Source of the DNA: Thermovirgaceae bacterium
GTDB lineage: Bacteria > Synergistota > Synergistia > Synergistales > Thermovirgaceae
Reading direction: 5' to 3'
Assembly (NCBI GenBank): GCA_046542505.1
Contig: JBKHBH010000063.1
Coordinates: forward strand, 1-12,291
Length of the DNA: 12,291 bases
The notes beneath the pieces were generated by a model that was given only the letters and a program-made list of their open reading frames with translations, was not told the origin of the DNA and did not search any database. A program made the translations under genes and the position numbers. Each line of letters begins with the position of its first letter. Within the stretch, counting starts at the first letter, position 1. Below, in pieces: positions 6,531 to 12,291 of the stretch.

Positions 6531-8123
6531 ATGGCTTCAAGCGGCTCCAGAATGGTGCGCCACTCCCTCAAGATGATGGTGGGAACCTTTCTGAGCAGGA
6601 TTTTGGGGCTGGCGAGAGAGGTTCTGATCGCCGCGTTTTTCGGTGCGTCAGGACGTCTCGACGCCTTCCTCGTAGCCTACACTCTCGCAAATCTCTCTCG
6701 TCGGCTTCTTGCCGAGGGCGCCCTTTCGGCGGCGTTTATCCCCGTTTTTTCACAGTCCCTCGAACGCAGCGGCCAACAGAAGGCGAACAGGCTTGCCCGG
6801 GAAACCTTTACCTTTCTTCTGGGGGCTGCCGGCCTCCTCGTGGCCGTCGGGCTCGTGCTTGCCCCGTGGCTTGTAGCCGTCCTCGCCCCGGGCTTTACGG
6901 GCGAGAACGCCCTTCTCGCGACATCCCTGACGCGGACAATGCTGCCGTTCATGCTGTTTATTTCCGTGGCCGCGCTGGCCATGGGCATCCTGAACAGTAT
7001 GGGCTGTTTCTTTGTTCCAGCCGTTGCTCCTGCCTTGAGCAACGTGATCTTTATCTTGCTCGTGTTGATTCTAGCACCTACTGCGGGCATAAACAGTCTG
7101 GCTGTCGCCGTTCTGGCAGGTGGGGCCGCCCAGTGCCTTCTCCAGTGGTTCTGGACGAAGAAGTACGGAATGACCCTCCTGCCCGTGATTCCCGACAGGA
7201 AAAACGAGGAGCTCAAGCGGGTCTTAAGGCTCTTTTTACCCTATGCGGCGGGACTTTCACTCAACCAGCTCATTCCAGTCTTCAGCCGGGTGCTGGGGTC
7301 CTTCCTGCAGGAAGGATCGATTTCCGTGCTCAATTACGCCGACCGGATACTTCAGCTTCCCCTGGGACTTTTCGTTGTCGCCATCAGTCAGGCCATACTG
7401 CCCCTTTTGGCCCGCCAGGTTCTTGAAGGCGAAGACGCCTTTCGGCAGGGTATTGAAGACGCCCTGAAATTTGCCATGTTCATCGTCCTCCCGGTGACGG
7501 CGGGTCTTGTCCTCTTCAGTACCGAAATCGTACACCTGCTTTTCGTGAGAGGGGCCTTCGGAGAATGGGCATGGCATGCCACGTCGAAGACGCTTTCCAT
7601 GTTTGCCCTGGGGCTTCCGGGGATGGCCTCCATGAACGTCCTTCTCAGGGCTCTTCATGCACGGGGGCTTCCACGCGAAGCCATGTATGTGGCAGCGTCC
7701 AGCGTGATCACCTATTTCCTTTTCGGGGCTCTTCTCATGCGGCCTCTGGCATATGCCGGTCTCGCCCTGGGGGCAGCCTGTTCCTTCACGACGTCAGCTT
7801 TCTTCGCCGGGTTCCTTCTGCGCCGACGATGTGGCCTTGCATCGCCCTTTTCCTTCAAATGGCTCAAACCCGTGGCAGGCGGTATCGTGTCCATGGTCGC
7901 CGCGGTAGGGATGCTCAAAGTTGTGCTACCTTATCCTGAAGAGATGAACATCCTCGCAAGGTCGGGGTGGATGTGTCTGCCCATCGCCCTGGGCGGCATC
8001 GTTTACGGAGCCGTGACATGGAAGGCAGGGTGCGGTGAATGGGAATGGCTGCGGGAAGTCTTCACAAGAAAGGTTCACCGGGAAGAAGACGGAGAAAATA
8101 AAAAAGAATTGAAAAACTCCTGA
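6531..8123 (+). CDS. murJ: Lipid II flippase MurJ (MviN)
   Basis: Motifs LSRILGLAREVLIAAFFGAS, DAFLVAYTLANLSRRLLAEGALSAAFIPVF, LNYADRILQLPLGLF. About 14 hydrophobic segments. SD GAGGAGG at 6518-6524. Confidence 0.96.
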   Translation: MASSGSRMVRHSLKMMVGTFLSRILGLAREVLIAAFFGASGRLDAFLVAYTLANLSRRLLAEGALSAAFIPVFSQSLERSGQQKANRLARETFTFLLGAAGLLVAVGLVLAPWLVAVLAPGFTGENALLATSLTRTMLPFMLFISVAALAMGILNSMGCFFVPAVAPALSNVIFILLVLILAPTAGINSLAVAVLAGGAAQCLLQWFWTKKYGMTLLPVIPDRKNEELKRVLRLFLPYAAGLSLNQLIPVFSRVLGSFLQEGSISVLNYADRILQLPLGLFVVAISQAILPLLARQVLEGEDAFRQGIEDALKFAMFIVLPVTAGLVLFSTEIVHLLFVRGAFGEWAWHATSKTLSMFALGLPGMASMNVLLRALHARGLPREAMYVAASSVITYFLFGALLMRPLAYAGLALGAACSFTTSAFFAGFLLRRRCGLASPFSFKWLKPVAGGIVSMVAAVGMLKVVLPYPEEMNILARSGWMCLPIALGGIVYGAVTWKAGCGEWEWLREVFTRKVHREEDGENKKELKNS

Positions 8124-8134
8124 GGAGGAAAAGG

Positions 8135-8680
8135 ATGATGAAATTTTCTGCGCGAAGTATCCTGTTGTTTGGGGTAATGATTGCCATCGCCCTTACAGGT
8201 GCATGCGCTGCGGCGGAAAACCCTTTGGAGAAGCTTATCGACGAGCGGAGTGCGAGGCTTTATCTGGAGGGGCAGAAACTGGGAGACATGATTCTGGGCG
8301 CAAGGGCCCGGCTCGAGTTTATCTATATTGACAAAACCCTTGCCGCCGCAGCCAGGGAAAGCAGGGCGGTTCCGGAATGGCTGGAGTGGAACACGAGTTA
8401 TTTCGGCTCGCAAAAGAGCGGGAGGAATATGCTCTTTTTACTTGTCTTTGAGACATACAAACCGTGGACCTTTGAACCGGAAGTGATTTCAGTCAACGGA
8501 GACCCCCTCGAGGAAGAGGACCTTGTGACCCGATCGGCTTACGTCCCACGAGGAGATCTGCCGAGCGACTACACTGGACGATTTGCATTCACCCTTCCCC
8601 GTGAATTTATGGAGCCCGGAAGCGAGATAGTTTTCAGCTGCGGGGAAGACAGTGTCGCCTGGGTGGTGCCGAAAAAATGA
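8135..8680 (+). CDS. Hypothetical exported protein (signal peptide, possible lipoprotein)
   Basis: 181-aa ORF filling the gap between murJ and the next gene, with SD GAGGAGG/AAGGA upstream. Basic N-terminus and hydrophobic stretch ending TGAC-AAA|E. No family recognised. Confidence 0.8.
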   Translation: MMKFSARSILLFGVMIAIALTGACAAAENPLEKLIDERSARLYLEGQKLGDMILGARARLEFIYIDKTLAAAARESRAVPEWLEWNTSYFGSQKSGRNMLFLLVFETYKPWTFEPEVISVNGDPLEEEDLVTRSAYVPRGDLPSDYTGRFAFTLPREFMEPGSEIVFSCGEDSVAWVVPKK

Positions 8681-8862
8681 AGGCGCCTCACAGCTATCGT
8701 TGCGCATCATGCGGCATGACCTTTGGATCCGTCGTGCGAGCCGGGCGTTGTCCCGCCTGTGGTGGGAAAGTGCTCATACATATAGAGGGCGAAAGCAGAA
8801 AATCACGGGGTTCCTGTAGCAGGCCAAGCTGTGCAGGATGCGCCGGGTGCAGCATCAGGTGA
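8677..8862 (+). CDS. Small Cys-rich zinc-ribbon protein (CxxC-x12-CPxCG plus Cx4CxxCxxC tail)
   Basis: 61 aa with 8 Cys. ATGA overlap with the upstream stop; its own stop is 4 nt before the tsaD ATG. It fills the gap exactly. Confidence 0.78.
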   Translation: MKAPHSYRCASCGMTFGSVVRAGRCPACGGKVLIHIEGESRKSRGSCSRPSCAGCAGCSIR

Positions 8863-8866
8863 CGTC

Positions 8867-9889
8867 ATGGCAGATGTTTTTTTGACCCTTGGTATCGAAA
8901 CCAGTTGTGACGACACCGGCGTTGCTCTGCTCGAGGGAGAGCGCAACGTACTGAATGCCGCGCTGGCCAGCCAGGTTGAGGATCACGCGCGTTGGGGCGG
9001 TGTCATTCCTGAACTGGCGTCGAGGAAGCATCAGGAGGTGCTCTTGCCGCTTCTTGACGGTGTCCTCGAAGAAGCCGGACTGAACCTGCCGCATCAGCGG
9101 AAACCAGATCTGGTGGCTGTTACCTTCGGGCCGGGGCTCATGGGCTCGCTCCTTGTCGGGGTCATGGCGGCAAAAGCTCTGGCGCAGGCCTGGGATATTC
9201 CCATAGTGGGAGTGAACCACATCGAAGGACACATGTTCGCCAACGCCGTCGCCCACGAGAGTTTCGTTACACCCTTTATCGCCCTTGTAATCTCCGGAGG
9301 CCATACGGAAATCTATCACGTGCCCCGATTCGGAACCTACGAGCTCCTCGGGAAAACCCGCGACGACGCTGTCGGCGAATGTTACGACAAGGTGGCGAAA
9401 CTTTTGGGATTGCCCTACCCCGGAGGTCCAGCCGTTGACACTCTGGCCAGGGAGGGAAACCCCGATGCTTTCTCCTTTCCCGTTCCGCTTTCTTCGACGG
9501 GTAACGTGGAATTCAGCTACAGCGGCTTGAAGACTGCTGTACTGACAGAAATCCGCAGACAGGAAAAAGCGGGGAAGTTCCCCGATCTGGCCGACCTCTG
9601 CGCCTCTTTCCAAAAGGCAGCCATTGCCGCCCTCATGGGCAAACTTGAAATTGCCGCAAACAAGACGGGCACACGCCGCATCGCCGTTTCGGGTGGAGTG
9701 GCGGCAAACTCCCTGCTTCGGGAGATGCTCAAAAAGCGGGACGGCTGGGAGGTTTTCATGCCGCCGGCGACGCTTTGCACCGACAACGCGGTCATGATAG
9801 CCGCCGCGGGGTACAATCGATTCACAAGAGGTTTCGCGGACAACCTGGATCTTACCCCAAATCCCTCGGCATCCCTCTCAGGGGTCTAA
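8867..9889 (+). CDS. tsaD: tRNA N6-threonylcarbamoyladenosine (t6A) transferase subunit TsaD (340 aa)
   Basis: Motifs LGIETSCDDT, GGVIPELASRKH, GPGLMGSL, NHIEGH, SGGHT, DDAVGECYDK, FSYSGLKT, GGVAAN, CTDNAVMIA. Start reassigned from 8831 to ATG 8867. Confidence 0.97.
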   Translation: MADVFLTLGIETSCDDTGVALLEGERNVLNAALASQVEDHARWGGVIPELASRKHQEVLLPLLDGVLEEAGLNLPHQRKPDLVAVTFGPGLMGSLLVGVMAAKALAQAWDIPIVGVNHIEGHMFANAVAHESFVTPFIALVISGGHTEIYHVPRFGTYELLGKTRDDAVGECYDKVAKLLGLPYPGGPAVDTLAREGNPDAFSFPVPLSSTGNVEFSYSGLKTAVLTEIRRQEKAGKFPDLADLCASFQKAAIAALMGKLEIAANKTGTRRIAVSGGVAANSLLREMLKKRDGWEVFMPPATLCTDNAVMIAAAGYNRFTRGFADNLDLTPNPSASLSGV

Positions 9890-9911
9890 GGGAAAATCTC
9901 TTTCACAGGAA

Positions 9912-9936
9912 GGGAAACATCTGACTGATGTTTCCT
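9912..9936. terminator. Hairpin after tsaD (possible terminator or mRNA 3'-end structure)
   Basis: GGAAACATC-TGACT-GATGTTTCC (9913-9935), a 9-bp stem with no U tract on the + strand and an A-rich sequence following. Confidence 0.35.
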
Positions 9937-10017
9937 GAAAAACGAAGAGAAAAAGAGATATAAGAAAAATACTGGAGATAAATAGTCATAATCCGAAATA
10001 ATCCCTCTTTTTGTGTC

Positions 10018-10046
10018 TTGAGATTGTGACGGCAGGCAGGTAGTAT
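10018..10046 (+). promoter_or_regulatory. Sigma-70/sigma-A promoter of groESL
   Basis: TTGAGA (10018-10023), 17-nt spacer, TAGTAT (10041-10046). AT-rich upstream region; CIRCE begins 14 nt downstream. Confidence 0.75.
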
Positions 10047-10060
10047 CGTTCGCGGTCGAA

Positions 10061-10087
10061 TTAGCACTCGACACAAGTGAGTGCTAA
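10061..10087 (+). promoter_or_regulatory. CIRCE element (HrcA operator)
   Basis: Exact consensus TTAGCACTC-N9(GACACAAGT)-GAGTGCTAA between the promoter and groES. Confidence 0.98.
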
Positions 10088-10120
10088 CATCTCAAAAGAA
10101 CCGCAAGGAGGGTGCAACGA

Positions 10121-12134
<2,014 letters not shown>

Positions 12135-12160
12135 GCCAGAGGCCGGACGAAAGAGGTATC

Positions 12161-12194
12161 AAGGCCTCCGCTTCGGCGGAGGCCTTTCTTTTTG
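12161..12194 (+). terminator. Rho-independent terminator of groESL
   Basis: AAGGCCTCCGC-TTCG-GCGGAGGCCTT, an 11-bp stem with a cUUCGg tetraloop, followed by TCTTTTTG. Confidence 0.93.
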
Positions 12195-12260
12195 TGACGA
12201 CCTTTCTGGTACACTTGTTTCATTCTTGAGAAAGATGCACCGGAGGTGATCGGGGCCGCC

Positions 12261-12291
12261 ATGAAGCCAACCCCTGGAATAGAGAATGAGA
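12261..12291 (+). CDS. Possible 5' end of the next gene (MKPTPGIENE..., truncated by the window)
   Basis: GGAGGTGA SD at 12242-12249 (rather long spacing to ATG 12261) and an extended -10-like TGGTACACT at 12207-12215. Only 10 codons are visible. Confidence 0.35.
   Translation, partial: MKPTPGIENE

Noticed and set aside
6512..7426. 304-aa alternative-frame ORF inside murJ
   Set aside because: Arg/Pro/Gly-rich off-frame translation typical of GC-rich DNA. murJ is intact in its own frame, so no frameshift is needed.
9886..10074. 62-aa minus-strand ORF in the tsaD-groES spacer
   Set aside because: It runs through the CIRCE and promoter, has no clear SD, and its Phe/Leu run simply reflects the A tracts.

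Overview
A GC-rich bacterial chromosomal window made up mostly of housekeeping genes. In order: (1) a Thr-type T-box riboswitch with an intrinsic terminator, leading into a tightly coupled operon thrC-thrB-lysC(ask)-asd that lacks hom; (2) an lptA/OstA-like gene and lptB; (3) an orphan HycI-type hydrogenase maturation protease on the opposite strand, wedged between lptB and murJ; (4) murJ, an exported hypothetical protein, a 61-aa eight-Cys zinc-ribbon protein and tsaD; (5) a sigma-70/sigma-A promoter with a perfect CIRCE operator driving groES-groEL, followed by a UUCG-capped terminator and possibly the start of another gene. LPS-export genes together with a T-box and CIRCE suggest a diderm with Firmicutes-like regulation, such as Synergistota (inference only). 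I see no mobile element, CRISPR array or defence system, and no clear-cut novel system. The best leads are the antisense hycI with its possible non-contiguous operon layout, the hypothetical/HypA-like zinc-ribbon/tsaD cassette, and a probable nested aspartokinase beta-subunit start.
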